Shown here piece by piece: positions 14,570 to 24,884 of a stretch of 43,195 nucleotides of DNA. The stretch covers positions 1 through 43,195 of the IMG/VR virus record IMGVR_UViG_3300023053_000005; one strand, given 5' to 3'. Each line of letters opens with the position of its first letter. The stretch's first letter is position 1. The notes beneath the pieces are model-generated. The model worked only from the letters and a program-made list of their open reading frames with translations. It was not told the DNA's origin and searched no databases. Made by a program: the position numbers and the translations under genes. The DNA is from a virus. Its lineage: Duplodnaviria > Caudoviricetes.

Positions 14570-16055
14570 TCTCGAACAACAACTGGTCGAGGACATACTT
14601 TCATTCGCCGACGACCCACTGGGTTACGTCTGGTACGCATTCCCATGGGGTGAGCCGGGCACGGAGCTGGCCAACAAGACCGGCCCGCGCCAGTGGCAGA
14701 TCGATGTCCTCGACGATATCGGCAAGAAGATCCGCGCCGGTGCCAAGGATCTTGGCGAGGTCATCCACGAAGCGGTTGCCAGCGGCCACGGCATCGGTAA
14801 ATCGGCGCTGGTGTCTTGGATCATCAAGTGGGCGCTTGATACAGCCCCAGACACCCGGGGCGTGGTCACGGCTAACACCGAGAACCAGCTGCGCACCAAG
14901 ACTTGGCCAGAGGTCGCGAAGTGGAACCGGTTGTCCATCACCGCCCACTGGTTCCGCCTGACGGCCACTGCGCTGATCAGCAATGACCCGGAGCACGAAA
15001 AGAACTGGCGCATCGACGCCGTGCCTTGGTCGGAGAGCAATACCGAGGCGTTCGCCGGTCTGCACAACGAAGGCAAGCGCCTTCTGCTGGTGTTCGACGA
15101 GGCGTCAGCCATCGCCGACCTGGTCTGGGAAGTGGCCGAGGGGGCGCTGACCGACGAGAACACCGAAATCATTTGGGTGGCCTTCGGCAACCCGACCAAG
15201 AACACCGGCCGTTTCCGCCAGTGTTTCTCGAAGTACAAACACCGCTGGAATCCTCGCCAGATCGACAGCCGCACCGTGGACGGGACCAACAAAGTCCAGT
15301 TCGCCAAGTGGCAAGAGGACTACGGCGAGGACAGCGACTTCTTCCGCATTCGTGTGCGCGGCATGTTCCCGAGGGCTTCCGAATTGCAACTGATCCCGAC
15401 CGACTGGGTGGCGGACGCGATGAAGCGCGAACCGGTGTTCGGACTCGATGACGCCCTGGTGTGCGGCATCGACATTGCCCGGGGCGGCGCGGATAGCAAC
15501 GTGATCAGGTTCCGGCGCGGCCTCGACACCCGATCGATACCGGCGATCAAGATTCCCGGCAGCGAAACCCGCGACACAACGTTGTTCATCGCCAAGGTCT
15601 GCACCGCTGTGCAGGATCACCGGCCCGATGCGGTGTTTGTGGACTCCACTGGCGTTGGTGGTCCGGTTGCCGACCAGTTACGCCGTCTGATGCCTGGTGT
15701 TGTCATCCTCGACGTGAACTTCGCCAGCGCGGCACCTGATCGGCATTACGCCAACATGCGGACGTACATGTGGTGGCAGATGCGCGAGGCGTTGCGTGCA
15801 GGTCTGGCAATCAATGCCTGCCCAGAGCTTGAAGCCGAGCTGACATCACCGATGTACGGACATAACGGCAGCGACCAGATCGCACTGGAGAAGAAAGACG
15901 CCATCAAGAAACGCCTCGGCATCTCGCCCGATGACGCTGATGCGCTGGCGCTGACGTTCGCCATGCCGGTGATGAAAAGCCAATTCCACGATTACGGCCA
16001 TGGCGGCAGCAACAACGGGCTGGAATCCGACTACGACCCATACGGGGAGAACTGA
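14541..16055 (+). CDS. terL: Terminase large subunit
   Basis: Walker A ASGHGIGKS, Walker B LVFDEAS, GNPT, nuclease GIDIARGG and SPDDADAL; start may be TTG at 14550. Confidence 0.95.
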   Translation: MNALTAPEVDLEQQLVEDILSFADDPLGYVWYAFPWGEPGTELANKTGPRQWQIDVLDDIGKKIRAGAKDLGEVIHEAVASGHGIGKSALVSWIIKWALDTAPDTRGVVTANTENQLRTKTWPEVAKWNRLSITAHWFRLTATALISNDPEHEKNWRIDAVPWSESNTEAFAGLHNEGKRLLLVFDEASAIADLVWEVAEGALTDENTEIIWVAFGNPTKNTGRFRQCFSKYKHRWNPRQIDSRTVDGTNKVQFAKWQEDYGEDSDFFRIRVRGMFPRASELQLIPTDWVADAMKREPVFGLDDALVCGIDIARGGADSNVIRFRRGLDTRSIPAIKIPGSETRDTTLFIAKVCTAVQDHRPDAVFVDSTGVGGPVADQLRRLMPGVVILDVNFASAAPDRHYANMRTYMWWQMREALRAGLAINACPELEAELTSPMYGHNGSDQIALEKKDAIKKRLGISPDDADALALTFAMPVMKSQFHDYGHGGSNNGLESDYDPYGEN

Positions 16056-16057
16056 AC

Positions 16058-16408
16058 ATGTGTGGCAAAAGCATCAAGAAGCTTGTGAACAAGGCGATCG
16101 ATCTGGATCCGCTGCGCGGCGGGGACGTGATCCTCGAAGGCATGGGCCTGCCCAACCTGACCGGCGAACAGACTGGCTTCCTCGGCAAGGCCGACCGCGA
16201 GAAGGCTGCGGCTGAGGCTGCGGCGGGTTCCGGCACCACGGCCAGCACGACGGCGCCGACCACCAGCAGCGATTCGGTACAGGCGGCGATCGATGCCGAG
16301 CGCCGCCGGCGCCTGGCCCAGTCCGGTCAAAACGGCACCATCCTCACCGGTGCGTCCGGTGTACTGGGTGGCGCCAACACCAGCAATAAAACGCTGTTGG
16401 GGGTGTAA
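16058..16408 (+). CDS. Small virion-associated protein preceding the portal
   Basis: MCG start and TILTG...KTLLG end, typical of epsilon15/BPP-1-like phages. Confidence 0.75.
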   Translation: MCGKSIKKLVNKAIDLDPLRGGDVILEGMGLPNLTGEQTGFLGKADREKAAAEAAAGSGTTASTTAPTTSSDSVQAAIDAERRRRLAQSGQNGTILTGASGVLGGANTSNKTLLGV

Positions 16409-16409
16409 G

Positions 16410-18104
16410 TTGGCCGACTCTCTGCGCGACCAGCTCGAAAAGCGCTATTCCCGCCTGAAGAACGAGCGCGAGAGTAACTGGCTGCCCGAGTGGCAGGAAC
16501 TTGGTGATTTCATCAGCCCGCGCTCTGGGCGCTGGAACAACACCGACACCAACAACGGCAAGCGCCGCGATCAGAAGATCATCAACCCGCGCGCGTCCTT
16601 TGCGGCCCGCACGCTCGGCGCCGGCATGCACACCGGCATGACCAACCCGGCCGCACCGTGGGTGAAGTTCGGCACACCCGACCCGGACATGATGGAGTTC
16701 GCCCCGGTCAAGGCCTGGCTGTACGCCGTTGAAACGTCGATGCGCGAGGTCATGGCCAGGTCGAACTTGTACAGCGTCCTGCCCAACCGCTACAGCGAGG
16801 AAGGCGTGTTCGGTACCGCGCCGATGATTGTGCTGCCGGATGACCAGGATTTGCTGCGCTCGTACCCGCTGGCGGTCGGCAGCTACATGCTGGCCAACAA
16901 CAGCCGCAACCAGGTGGACACGCTCTACCGCGACTTTCGCATGACCGCCCGCCAGCTTGAGCAACAGTTCGGCAAAGAAGCCCTCAGCCCTACTTCACAA
17001 ACGCTGCTGACTTCCAACCCAGAGGCGTGGGTAGATGTCGTGCACGCGCTTGAGCCGAATGACAACCGCGAAGCCGGCAAGCAGGACAACCAGAACATGC
17101 CGTTCCGTTCGGTGTACTGGGAGAAGGGCAGCGACAAGGACAGCGTGCTGCGCAAGTCCGGGTTCAAGGTCTTCCCGTGCATGGCGCCGCGCTGGGACGT
17201 GCTGGGCGAAGACGTTTACGGGACCGGCCCCGGCTCGATGTGCATTGGCTCGACCAAGGCAGTGCAGCTGATGGAGCGCCGCAAGGCCGAGCTGCTGGAG
17301 AAAGGTGTGCGTCCGCCGATGGGAGCACCTGCAAGCCTGAAGAACCAGCGCGCCTCGATCCTCCCGGGCAGCATCACCTACCTGAACGATATGCAAGTGG
17401 GCGCCAAGTTCGCTCCGTTATACGAGGTACAGCCTGCATGGTTGAGCGCGCTGCGCGGCGAAATCCAGGCAGACAGCGAGATAATCGACACCGCGTTCTT
17501 CGTTGACCTGTTCCTGATGGTAAGCCAGATGGACGGCGTCCGGACGGCCTACGAGATCGCCACCCGCAAGGAAGAGAAGTTGCTGATGCTCGGCCCAGTG
17601 CTCGAGCGCCAGACCGACGACCTGCTGGATCCGCTGGTCGACATGTACTTCAACCAGATGCTGGAACAGTCGATCCCTCGCTGGGCTGGCCTGCTGCCGG
17701 GGGCGCCACTGATTCCGCCGCCGCCGAAAGAGCTGGCCGGCCTGGATCTGCGAGTCGAGTTCACCAGCATCCTGGCTCAGGCGCAGAAGCAGATCGGCGT
17801 GTCGAGCATCGAGCGCGCCATTGGCTTCGCTGGCCAGGTCGCCACCACCACGCAAAGCCTGAACGCTCTGGATCTGCTGGATTCGGACGAAGCGATTCGG
17901 CAGTACTTCGAACTGATCGGCGTTCCGCCAACGATGGTCCGTGCTGATGACCAAGTCGCAGCCATCCGCGAGCAGCGCGCACAGGCGCAACAAGCCCAGC
18001 AGATGCAGCAGGAGCTGGGTAGCGTCATACAGGGTGCGCAGATGCTCAGCGAGACCGATACCAGCGGCAACAATGCCCTGACTCAGTTGGCGGGGGCTGT
18101 GTGA
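16410..18104 (+). CDS. Portal (T7-like head-to-tail connector)
   Basis: TTG start; PRW....DVYG.GP, TAYEIATRKEEKLLMLGPVLER, VEFTSILAQAQK. Confidence 0.92.
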   Translation: MADSLRDQLEKRYSRLKNERESNWLPEWQELGDFISPRSGRWNNTDTNNGKRRDQKIINPRASFAARTLGAGMHTGMTNPAAPWVKFGTPDPDMMEFAPVKAWLYAVETSMREVMARSNLYSVLPNRYSEEGVFGTAPMIVLPDDQDLLRSYPLAVGSYMLANNSRNQVDTLYRDFRMTARQLEQQFGKEALSPTSQTLLTSNPEAWVDVVHALEPNDNREAGKQDNQNMPFRSVYWEKGSDKDSVLRKSGFKVFPCMAPRWDVLGEDVYGTGPGSMCIGSTKAVQLMERRKAELLEKGVRPPMGAPASLKNQRASILPGSITYLNDMQVGAKFAPLYEVQPAWLSALRGEIQADSEIIDTAFFVDLFLMVSQMDGVRTAYEIATRKEEKLLMLGPVLERQTDDLLDPLVDMYFNQMLEQSIPRWAGLLPGAPLIPPPPKELAGLDLRVEFTSILAQAQKQIGVSSIERAIGFAGQVATTTQSLNALDLLDSDEAIRQYFELIGVPPTMVRADDQVAAIREQRAQAQQAQQMQQELGSVIQGAQMLSETDTSGNNALTQLAGAV

Positions 18105-18421
18105 TGGCCGATCTGGAAAACCTCGACGAACTGCGAAAGCAGGACGAAACCGCAAAGGAAACTGCCCGTCAGCAGGAGGTCGCCGACTTCCGCTGGCTGA
18201 TGAGTGATCCGCGCGGCCGGCGCTTCATGTGGCGCCTGATGGGGCATTGCAAGGTGTTCCAACCCTCATTCAACCCCCACGGCGGGGTGATGAACTTCAA
18301 CGAAGGCCAACGAAATGTTGGCCTTTTTCTTTTGGGCGAAACAAACGACCTGTGTCCGGCGATGTTCCCGGTCATGGCCGCCGAGAACGCCCCCAAGCCT
18401 GTAGAGGATGAATCCAATTGA
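18104..18421 (+). CDS. Bbp19-like head protein
   Basis: DFRWLMSDPRGRRFMWRL...FNEGQRNVG after the portal. Confidence 0.75.
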   Translation: MADLENLDELRKQDETAKETARQQEVADFRWLMSDPRGRRFMWRLMGHCKVFQPSFNPHGGVMNFNEGQRNVGLFLLGETNDLCPAMFPVMAAENAPKPVEDESN

Positions 18422-19140
18422 ATCGCCTGATGATGAAACTGCTGGGCCACGTCCTGATGAATGAAGCGCCAGCCGACGGTGCGCCGTCTGGTGGCGCACC
18501 TGCTTCGCCGGCGGCCGCTCCAGCGGCAGCGCCTGCTCCCGATTCCACCCTGTTGACCCCACCGGCAGCGCCGGCACCCACCGACCCTAAACCCGAAGGT
18601 GGAGACCCAGCAAAGCCAGGTGATCCCGCAAAACCCGAAGACGGAAAGCCCAAGGATGAGGCTGCTGACAAGGCACAGGGCGCGCCTGAAGCCTACGCCG
18701 ACTTCACCCTGCCGGAAGGCATGGAGCTGGACTCGGCAATCCTCGGTGAGTTCAAGGACTTCGCCAAGGAACTGAATCTGCCGCAGGACAAGGCCCAGAA
18801 GATCGTCGACTTCCAAGCGAAGTTGGCGGCCAAGCAAGCCGAGGAATACCAGGCCGCTGTCACCAAGCAGGGAGAGGCGTGGGCGACGGCAGTGAAAAAC
18901 GATCCAGAACTGGGCGGCGAGAACTACGACAAGAGCGTGGCGAGCGCCGTCAAGGTCATTCAGGCGTTCGGCGACGAAGGCCTGCGGGATCTGCTCAACA
19001 ACTCCGGACTGGGTAACCACCCAGCCCTGTTCAAGTTCTGCCACCGCGTCAGCCAGGCCATTTCGGAAGACAAGTTTGTCTTGCCGGGCAATCAGCCGGC
19101 GGCTGCAAAAGAAATGACGATTGTTGATGCCTTCAAGTAA
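18418..19140 (+). CDS. Capsid scaffolding protein
   Basis: Pro/Ala-rich N-terminus, APEAYADF.LPEG, GLGNHPALFK; precedes major capsid gene. Confidence 0.8.
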   Translation: MNRLMMKLLGHVLMNEAPADGAPSGGAPASPAAAPAAAPAPDSTLLTPPAAPAPTDPKPEGGDPAKPGDPAKPEDGKPKDEAADKAQGAPEAYADFTLPEGMELDSAILGEFKDFAKELNLPQDKAQKIVDFQAKLAAKQAEEYQAAVTKQGEAWATAVKNDPELGGENYDKSVASAVKVIQAFGDEGLRDLLNNSGLGNHPALFKFCHRVSQAISEDKFVLPGNQPAAAKEMTIVDAFK

Positions 19141-19171
19141 GGCCCTGAAAACCACGTAGGAGATACATCAG

Positions 19172-20167
19172 ATGGGCATTTTGACTTCGACCATGCCGAC
19201 TCTGCTGGATAAGTTCAGCCGGGAAGACAGCCAGAAAAAGATCATGAAGATCGTCGAGCTGATGGCAAAGCAGAACGACATCCTCATGGATGCCGAGTAC
19301 CAGGAGTGCAACGACGGCTCCAAACACAAGACCACCATGCGCTCGGGTATTCCTGAGCCAACCTGGCGCCTGTTCAACAAGGGCATTCAGCCAAGCAAGT
19401 CGACCACCGTTCCAGTGCTGGACACCACCGGCATGATGGAAGACTACGGCCTGGTCGACAAAGCGCTGGCCGACCTCAGCGGCAACGCTGATGGTTTCCG
19501 TGTGTCCGAGAACATCGCCAAGCTGCAAGGTTTCAACAACAAGGCCGCGCGCTACATGTTCTACGGCAACACCGGCTCCGAGCCGGAAGCGTTCCTGGGC
19601 CTTTCGCCGCGCTACAACGACAAGTCGGCCGAGTCTGGCGCCAACATCGTTGACGCTGGCGGCACTGGCTCTACCAACGCTTCACTGTGGTTCGTCACCT
19701 GGGGCGAAATGACCACTCACTTGCTCTATCCGAAAGGCAGCGTTGCCGGCTTCCAGCACCGCAATCTGGGTGAAGACACCGTCAAGGATGCGAACGGTGG
19801 CGAGTTCCAGGCCTACCGTGACCACTTCAAGTGGGACATCGGCATGTCGGTACGCGATTGGCGTGCAAACGCTCGTGTAGCGAACATCGACGTGAACGCG
19901 CTGACCACCGACGGTGCGACCGGCGCGAAGCTGATCGAACTGATGATCAAGGCCTACTACCTGCTGGAAAACCCAATGCAGGGCGAAGGCCGCACGGTGA
20001 TCTACGCGAACCGCACGCTGCAAACCTTCCTGCACCTGCAGGCCATGAACTCCAAGAACGTGAACCTGACTATCGGCGAATACGCCGGCAAGAAGATTCC
20101 AGAGTTCCTGGGCATCCCGATCAAGCGCGTCGACGCTCTGCTCAACACCGAAGCCCGCGTGGTCTAA
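19172..20167 (+). CDS. Major capsid protein (epsilon15/BPP-1-like)
   Basis: 331 aa, strong SD, VRDWRANARVANID, FLGIPIKRVDALLNTEARV. Confidence 0.92.
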   Translation: MGILTSTMPTLLDKFSREDSQKKIMKIVELMAKQNDILMDAEYQECNDGSKHKTTMRSGIPEPTWRLFNKGIQPSKSTTVPVLDTTGMMEDYGLVDKALADLSGNADGFRVSENIAKLQGFNNKAARYMFYGNTGSEPEAFLGLSPRYNDKSAESGANIVDAGGTGSTNASLWFVTWGEMTTHLLYPKGSVAGFQHRNLGEDTVKDANGGEFQAYRDHFKWDIGMSVRDWRANARVANIDVNALTTDGATGAKLIELMIKAYYLLENPMQGEGRTVIYANRTLQTFLHLQAMNSKNVNLTIGEYAGKKIPEFLGIPIKRVDALLNTEARVV

Positions 20168-20203
20168 CGACCGCGTGGTTTCCTAATTCAGGGAGACACC
20201 ATC

Positions 20204-20596
20204 ATGCTTTTTGACGCAAAACTTATGATGTCGAGCGCTCAGGCAATTACTGCCTCAGCTGCGTCGACTGACATCATCGATCGCGGCGATAACAAGGACG
20301 TTGGCCGCGCCGGTGACATCCCGTTGCTGGTACAGGTTGTTGAAGCTTTCAACACCTTGACCAGCCTGACCATTGAATTGCAGACCGATGACAACTCGGG
20401 GTTCGCCTCGCCGCGCTCGCTGTATTCGGTCGTTGTTCCACTGGCTGATCTGAAGCTGGGTTACCAGTCTCCGGTTATCACCCTCCCGCAGAAAACCGAG
20501 CGTTATCTGCGCATGAACTACACCGTCACCGGCACCGCCCCAACGCTGGGCAAGATCACCGCCGGCGTGGTTGCTGGAGTGCAGACCAATGCCTAA
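20204..20596 (+). CDS. Bbp16-like capsid cement protein
   Basis: MLFDAKLMMSSAQAIT...RYLRMNYTVTG beta-rich protein after the MCP. Confidence 0.8.
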   Translation: MLFDAKLMMSSAQAITASAASTDIIDRGDNKDVGRAGDIPLLVQVVEAFNTLTSLTIELQTDDNSGFASPRSLYSVVVPLADLKLGYQSPVITLPQKTERYLRMNYTVTGTAPTLGKITAGVVAGVQTNA

Positions 20597-20957
20597 GCCA
20601 TACGAAGTGCTGGAGCGGTCGTTCATCAACGGCCGCCTGTATGAGGCCGGGGAAATTGTCGTGCTGGAACTCGACAGCCCTGGCTCCAACCTGAAGCCGG
20701 CAAAGGGCAAGGCTGCCGCTGCGCCGGTCAGTAACCATGACGACAACCACCAGGACGGTGGCTACGTCGCAGCACGCGGCGCCGCTGGAAAGTTCGTCGT
20801 CAAGGATGCCGACGGCGCGGCCTTGTTCACCGGTACCAAAGCTGAAGCGGAAGCTGAGGCCGCTCGGCTGAATGCTGGTGGCGAACCGGTACAGAAGGAC
20901 GACAACCACCAGGACGGTGGCGACCAGGGCAACAGCAACGGATTGCCTGACGCCTGA
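20589..20957 (+). CDS. Head-associated hypothetical protein
   Basis: MPKPYEVLERSFINGRLYEAGEIV...; followed by terminator. Confidence 0.75.
   Translation: MPKPYEVLERSFINGRLYEAGEIVVLELDSPGSNLKPAKGKAAAAPVSNHDDNHQDGGYVAARGAAGKFVVKDADGAALFTGTKAEAEAEAARLNAGGEPVQKDDNHQDGGDQGNSNGLPDA
20739..20921 (+). repeat. 24-bp direct repeat pair GACGACAACCACCAGGACGGTGGC
   Basis: Exact copies at 20739-20762 and 20898-20921, in frame (DDNHQDGG). Confidence 0.9.
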
Positions 20958-20975
20958 TCCACAGCAGTAACCCTT

Positions 20976-20996
20976 AAGGGCCCTTCGGGGCCCTTT
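20976..20996 (+). terminator. Terminator after the head genes
   Basis: AAGGGCCC-TTCG-GGGCCCTTT, UUCG-loop hairpin. Confidence 0.75.
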
Positions 20997-21016
20997 CTCA
21001 TTTCTGAGGTTCCCGA

Positions 21017-21616
21017 ATGCCAAGCGATATCGAGATCTGCAACGTCGCACTGTCGCGGGTTGCACACACCGACCCTATCGTGTCTTTCACGGAAAAGAGC
21101 AAGGCGGCCGAGTTGTGCAGTGTGTTTTACGGCACGCTGCGCGAACTGGTGCTGGCCGATTTTCCTTGGCCGTTTGCGGAATCCGTTGTGTACCTTGCTG
21201 ATATCGGCAGCCCTGCACCTGGTTGGGCTTACCGATATCGCTACCCGGCTGACTGCTTGAAGGTCCGGGAAATCATTCAGCCAGGCCAGCGGCGTCCGAT
21301 GAATGCCGATATGCAGATCCCGTTCGCAGTCGGCTATGACACTGGCGGCAGGACGATCAATACGGATCAGCCAGAGGCTGGCGTGCGCTTCACCTTTCGC
21401 GTCGAGGACTCCACGTTCTTCGATCCGCTGTTCGTCGACGCCCTGGCTTGGCGTCTGGCAATGGATCTGGCGCTGCCGCTGAGTTCGAAGCCGGATCTGC
21501 AGCAGTTCGCCACTCAGCAGTATCAGATCGCGCTGACGAAGGCTGAAGCCTCGGCCCTCAATGAGTCGCAGGACGATCCTGAGCCTGATTCCGAGTTCGT
21601 GGCGGTGCGCCGATGA
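21017..21616 (+). CDS. Tail tubular protein A / adaptor (T7 gp11-like)
   Basis: SDIEICNVALSR...WPFA...YRYPADCL...FDPLFVDALAWRLA. Confidence 0.85.
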   Translation: MPSDIEICNVALSRVAHTDPIVSFTEKSKAAELCSVFYGTLRELVLADFPWPFAESVVYLADIGSPAPGWAYRYRYPADCLKVREIIQPGQRRPMNADMQIPFAVGYDTGGRTINTDQPEAGVRFTFRVEDSTFFDPLFVDALAWRLAMDLALPLSSKPDLQQFATQQYQIALTKAEASALNESQDDPEPDSEFVAVRR

Positions 21617-23958
21617 CCAGCGTATTGCAGCCCACGTTCGCCGCCGGCGAGCTGTCGCCGTCCGCCAGTGCACGCACCGACATTGCCCGCTATTACACCG
21701 GGCTCAAGCTTTGCCGGAACTTCATGGTCATGCCGTACGGTGGAGTGCGTAATCGCCCTGGCACAAAGTTCGTTTGCGAGGTGGCTGACTCGAACAAGCT
21801 GAACCGCTTGATCCCGTTTCAGTTCAACGACGAGCAGACCTACATCCTGCAAATCGGTGATTTGCAGATGCGCGTTATCAAAGACGGTGGACAGGTGCTG
21901 TTCAGCAGTGGCCCGTTCACCGGGCTGCCGTATCAGGTAGGGATGCCGTACACGCAGTACGACTTGCAGCAGCTGAACTTTACCCAGTCCGCCGACCTGA
22001 TGACCTTTGCGCACCCGTCGTACAAGCCGCGCGAGCTTGGCCGCCTTGCCCACGACAACTGGGTCACATCTGAAATCAGTCTCGCCCCGCGTATCGCGGC
22101 GCCGGCATCGGCCACTGCGACACCTACAGCCGGCACCGGGACCAATACGCAGGTCTGGCGCTACCAGATCACGGCGGTTCTGGATGACGGGAACAGCATT
22201 GACGAATCGCTGCCGGTCACGTCGAACACGGTAACGGTATTTCCGGACACAGCATCCGCAACGGTCGTGTGGCCGGCTGTGCCGGGGGCGACGTATTACA
22301 TCGTTTACAAGGACAACGCCGGCGCCGGGATCTATGGCTTCATCGGTCGCGCCACAGCGCTGACCTTCACCGACCGGAACATCACGGCGGTGAAGACCGA
22401 TACGCCACCGAACGGCAACGATCCGTTTGTGGGCGCGAACAATTACCCCGGCGCGGTTGGCTACTACCAACAGCGCCTGGTGTTTGCCGGCAGCAACCTC
22501 AACCCACAGACCGTGTGGATGTCGAAAACCGGTCTGTTCAAGAACTTTGGGTTTTCGGTACCGAACAAGGATGACGACGCGATCACGTTCACCATTGCCA
22601 GCCGTGAAGTGAACCGCATGCGCCACCTGCTGGGCCTGCGCAAGCTCCTGGGCCTGACCTCGGGTGGTGAGTGGACGTTCTCCGGCGGCGATACCGGACT
22701 TACGGCCAAGACTATCCAAGCCAGCCAGGAAGGCTACGACGGATCGGCAATTGTTCCGCCGGTGGTCGTTGGCAACAGCGCCGTATACGTCCAGGCGCGC
22801 GGTAGCCGGGTTTCGTCGTTCGGTTACTCGCTCGACTCGGATGGTTTTGCGGCCGACGACCTCACCATCTTCAGCGCCCATCTGTTTCGCGGTTATGAGC
22901 TGACCAGCGTTGCGTACCAGAAAATTCCTGACTCGATCGTCTGGTACGTGCGTGATGACGGTGTGTTGCTCGGTCTGACGTACCTCCCGGAGCAGCAGCT
23001 CGTCGGCTGGCACTGGCACGACACGGACGGCTTCGTTGAGTCGATCGCCTGCATCCCCGAAGGCCAGGAAGACGCGCTGTACATGGTGGTGCGCCGTACC
23101 ATCAACGGCGTGCAAAAGCGTTATGTCGAGCGCATGGCCACGCGCCAGATCCTGAATGTTGAAGACGCCTTCTTCGTTGATTGCGGACTGACCTATGACG
23201 GGCGAAACAACGATCCGGTAAAAAGTTTGGCGTTAACCGGTGGCGTCACATGGGGTTACCCGGAGACGGTCACGATGATCGCTTACGGACATGCACCGTT
23301 TACGGCGGGTAGCATCGGAACTCATTTCTCGCTGAAACGCTCTGTGACTGACAGCAATGAAGACATCACAACCGAGATCGTTCGCGTCGAGGTTGTCGGA
23401 TATACCAGCTCCACGGTGGTTTCCGTAAAACTGCTGGTCGTATGCCCGGAAACTCTGCGCAACATCGCCCTTACGACTTGGGCTCGCCAAGCGAAGACCA
23501 TTTCAGGCTTGGCACACCTTGAAGGGAAAACCGTTTCGATTCTCGCCGATGGCAGCGTGCACCCGCAGCGCGTTGTCTCAGGCGGCTCAGTCGTGCTGCA
23601 AGAGTACGCAGGTGTCGCACACATCGGCCTGCCGTATCACTCCGACATGGAAACGCTGGACCTTGAGCTGAAGAACGCCAATGAGACTGTCCTCGACAAG
23701 AAGATCGCGGTAACCGGGCTTACCGTGATCGTCGAAGAGTCCCGAGGGATATTCGCCGGCAAGGATAAAAACTCGCTGTACGAGAAGAAAACCAGCCGCG
23801 AAACGTACGAGCAGCCGCTCGACACCATCACCGGTCAGGCCGAGATTTCGATATCTAACGACTGGCAAGGCAAGGGCCGGGTGTTCATCCGTCAATCCGA
23901 CCCGCTGCCGCTTTCAGTGCTGGCGGTTATTCCGGAGGTGACCATTGGCGGCCGCTGA
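21613..23958 (+). CDS. Tail tubular protein B / nozzle (T7 gp12-like)
   Basis: QPTFAAGELSP, GGVRNRPGT, YQQRLVFAG, WHWHDTDG; 781 aa. Confidence 0.88.
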   Translation: MTSVLQPTFAAGELSPSASARTDIARYYTGLKLCRNFMVMPYGGVRNRPGTKFVCEVADSNKLNRLIPFQFNDEQTYILQIGDLQMRVIKDGGQVLFSSGPFTGLPYQVGMPYTQYDLQQLNFTQSADLMTFAHPSYKPRELGRLAHDNWVTSEISLAPRIAAPASATATPTAGTGTNTQVWRYQITAVLDDGNSIDESLPVTSNTVTVFPDTASATVVWPAVPGATYYIVYKDNAGAGIYGFIGRATALTFTDRNITAVKTDTPPNGNDPFVGANNYPGAVGYYQQRLVFAGSNLNPQTVWMSKTGLFKNFGFSVPNKDDDAITFTIASREVNRMRHLLGLRKLLGLTSGGEWTFSGGDTGLTAKTIQASQEGYDGSAIVPPVVVGNSAVYVQARGSRVSSFGYSLDSDGFAADDLTIFSAHLFRGYELTSVAYQKIPDSIVWYVRDDGVLLGLTYLPEQQLVGWHWHDTDGFVESIACIPEGQEDALYMVVRRTINGVQKRYVERMATRQILNVEDAFFVDCGLTYDGRNNDPVKSLALTGGVTWGYPETVTMIAYGHAPFTAGSIGTHFSLKRSVTDSNEDITTEIVRVEVVGYTSSTVVSVKLLVVCPETLRNIALTTWARQAKTISGLAHLEGKTVSILADGSVHPQRVVSGGSVVLQEYAGVAHIGLPYHSDMETLDLELKNANETVLDKKIAVTGLTVIVEESRGIFAGKDKNSLYEKKTSRETYEQPLDTITGQAEISISNDWQGKGRVFIRQSDPLPLSVLAVIPEVTIGGR

Positions 23959-24412
23959 GGTTTTACCAGTCACGACTGATGATGTGGCCGAAATCCTGCC
24001 CGTTGTTCGCCAAGCCGATATCGACGAGATCACCGAGGCGCTGGGCATCCCCATGGATGTGGCGCTGTGCGAAGCGGTCACCGGAAGCCTAAACGCACGC
24101 AAGATCGTCGTTGATGGCCTGGTAGTCGCCGTGTTCGGCGATGCGGTTTACAGCATTCTCGGATCTGTGGGCGTTCCGTGGCTGATCAGCACTATCCACG
24201 TCGAGCGTCACGCGCGCGCCTTCCTGAAGGTCTGCAAGCCAGAGGTGCAGGGAATGCTGACCAGACACTGGCACCTCATCAATTACGTCGATGCCCGAAA
24301 CACGGCCGCAATCCGCTGGCTGAAGTGGCTCGGCTTCGAGTTTGGCCCGGCGGTCCCTTATGGTCCGCGCGGCTTCCCCTTTCACCCGTTCACCCTGAAC
24401 AGAGAGATTTGA
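23945..24412 (+). CDS. T7 gp13-like (GNAT-fold) internal virion protein
   Basis: GVPWL...LINYVDARNTAAIRWLKWLGFEF. Confidence 0.8.
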   Translation: MAAAEVLPVTTDDVAEILPVVRQADIDEITEALGIPMDVALCEAVTGSLNARKIVVDGLVVAVFGDAVYSILGSVGVPWLISTIHVERHARAFLKVCKPEVQGMLTRHWHLINYVDARNTAAIRWLKWLGFEFGPAVPYGPRGFPFHPFTLNREI

Positions 24413-24413
24413 T

Positions 24414-24884
24414 ATGTGCTGGATGGCATTGATACCGGTGGCTATCGCCGTGGCCGGCGGCGTGATGGGCGCGCAGAACGCCAAGCAGGAAGGCGCCTTT
24501 AACGCTGGCATGTTCAAGCAGAACGCAGCCATCAAGGACCAGGCGGCCAATGATACCATCGCCGCCGGCGACACTTCTGCCGATTGGCAGCGCGTGCGCA
24601 CTGGCCAAGCGCTGGGCACGCAGCGCGCCGTTCAGGCAGCAAACGGCATTGACGTGAACAGCGGCAGCGCCGCTCAGCTCCAGGATGACACCGCGATGAT
24701 CGGGGAGCTGGATGCGCTGACCATCCAGAACAACGCCGCGCGCGAAGCATACGGCTACCGCATTCAGGCCCAGCAGGATCGTGCGAACGCTGCACAAACC
24801 GTCACCAACGCTGGAAACAAGGCCACCGGCTCTATTCTCGGCGGTCTCGGTAGCGCGTTCGGCTCATTCGCGGGAGGCAGGTAA
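24414..24884 (+). CDS. Internal virion/ejection protein (gp14-like)
   Basis: MC start with hydrophobic segment; QRAVQAANGID..SGS; Gly/Ala-rich. Confidence 0.8.
   Translation: MCWMALIPVAIAVAGGVMGAQNAKQEGAFNAGMFKQNAAIKDQAANDTIAAGDTSADWQRVRTGQALGTQRAVQAANGIDVNSGSAAQLQDDTAMIGELDALTIQNNAAREAYGYRIQAQQDRANAAQTVTNAGNKATGSILGGLGSAFGSFAGGR

Noticed and set aside
21523-23115. 530-aa minus-strand ORF and similar long antisense ORFs in the structural region
   Set aside because: Mirror frames of well-supported plus-strand genes
23945-24412. GNAT toxin or resistance acetyltransferase
   Set aside because: Position and motifs match the T7 gp13-like virion assembly protein
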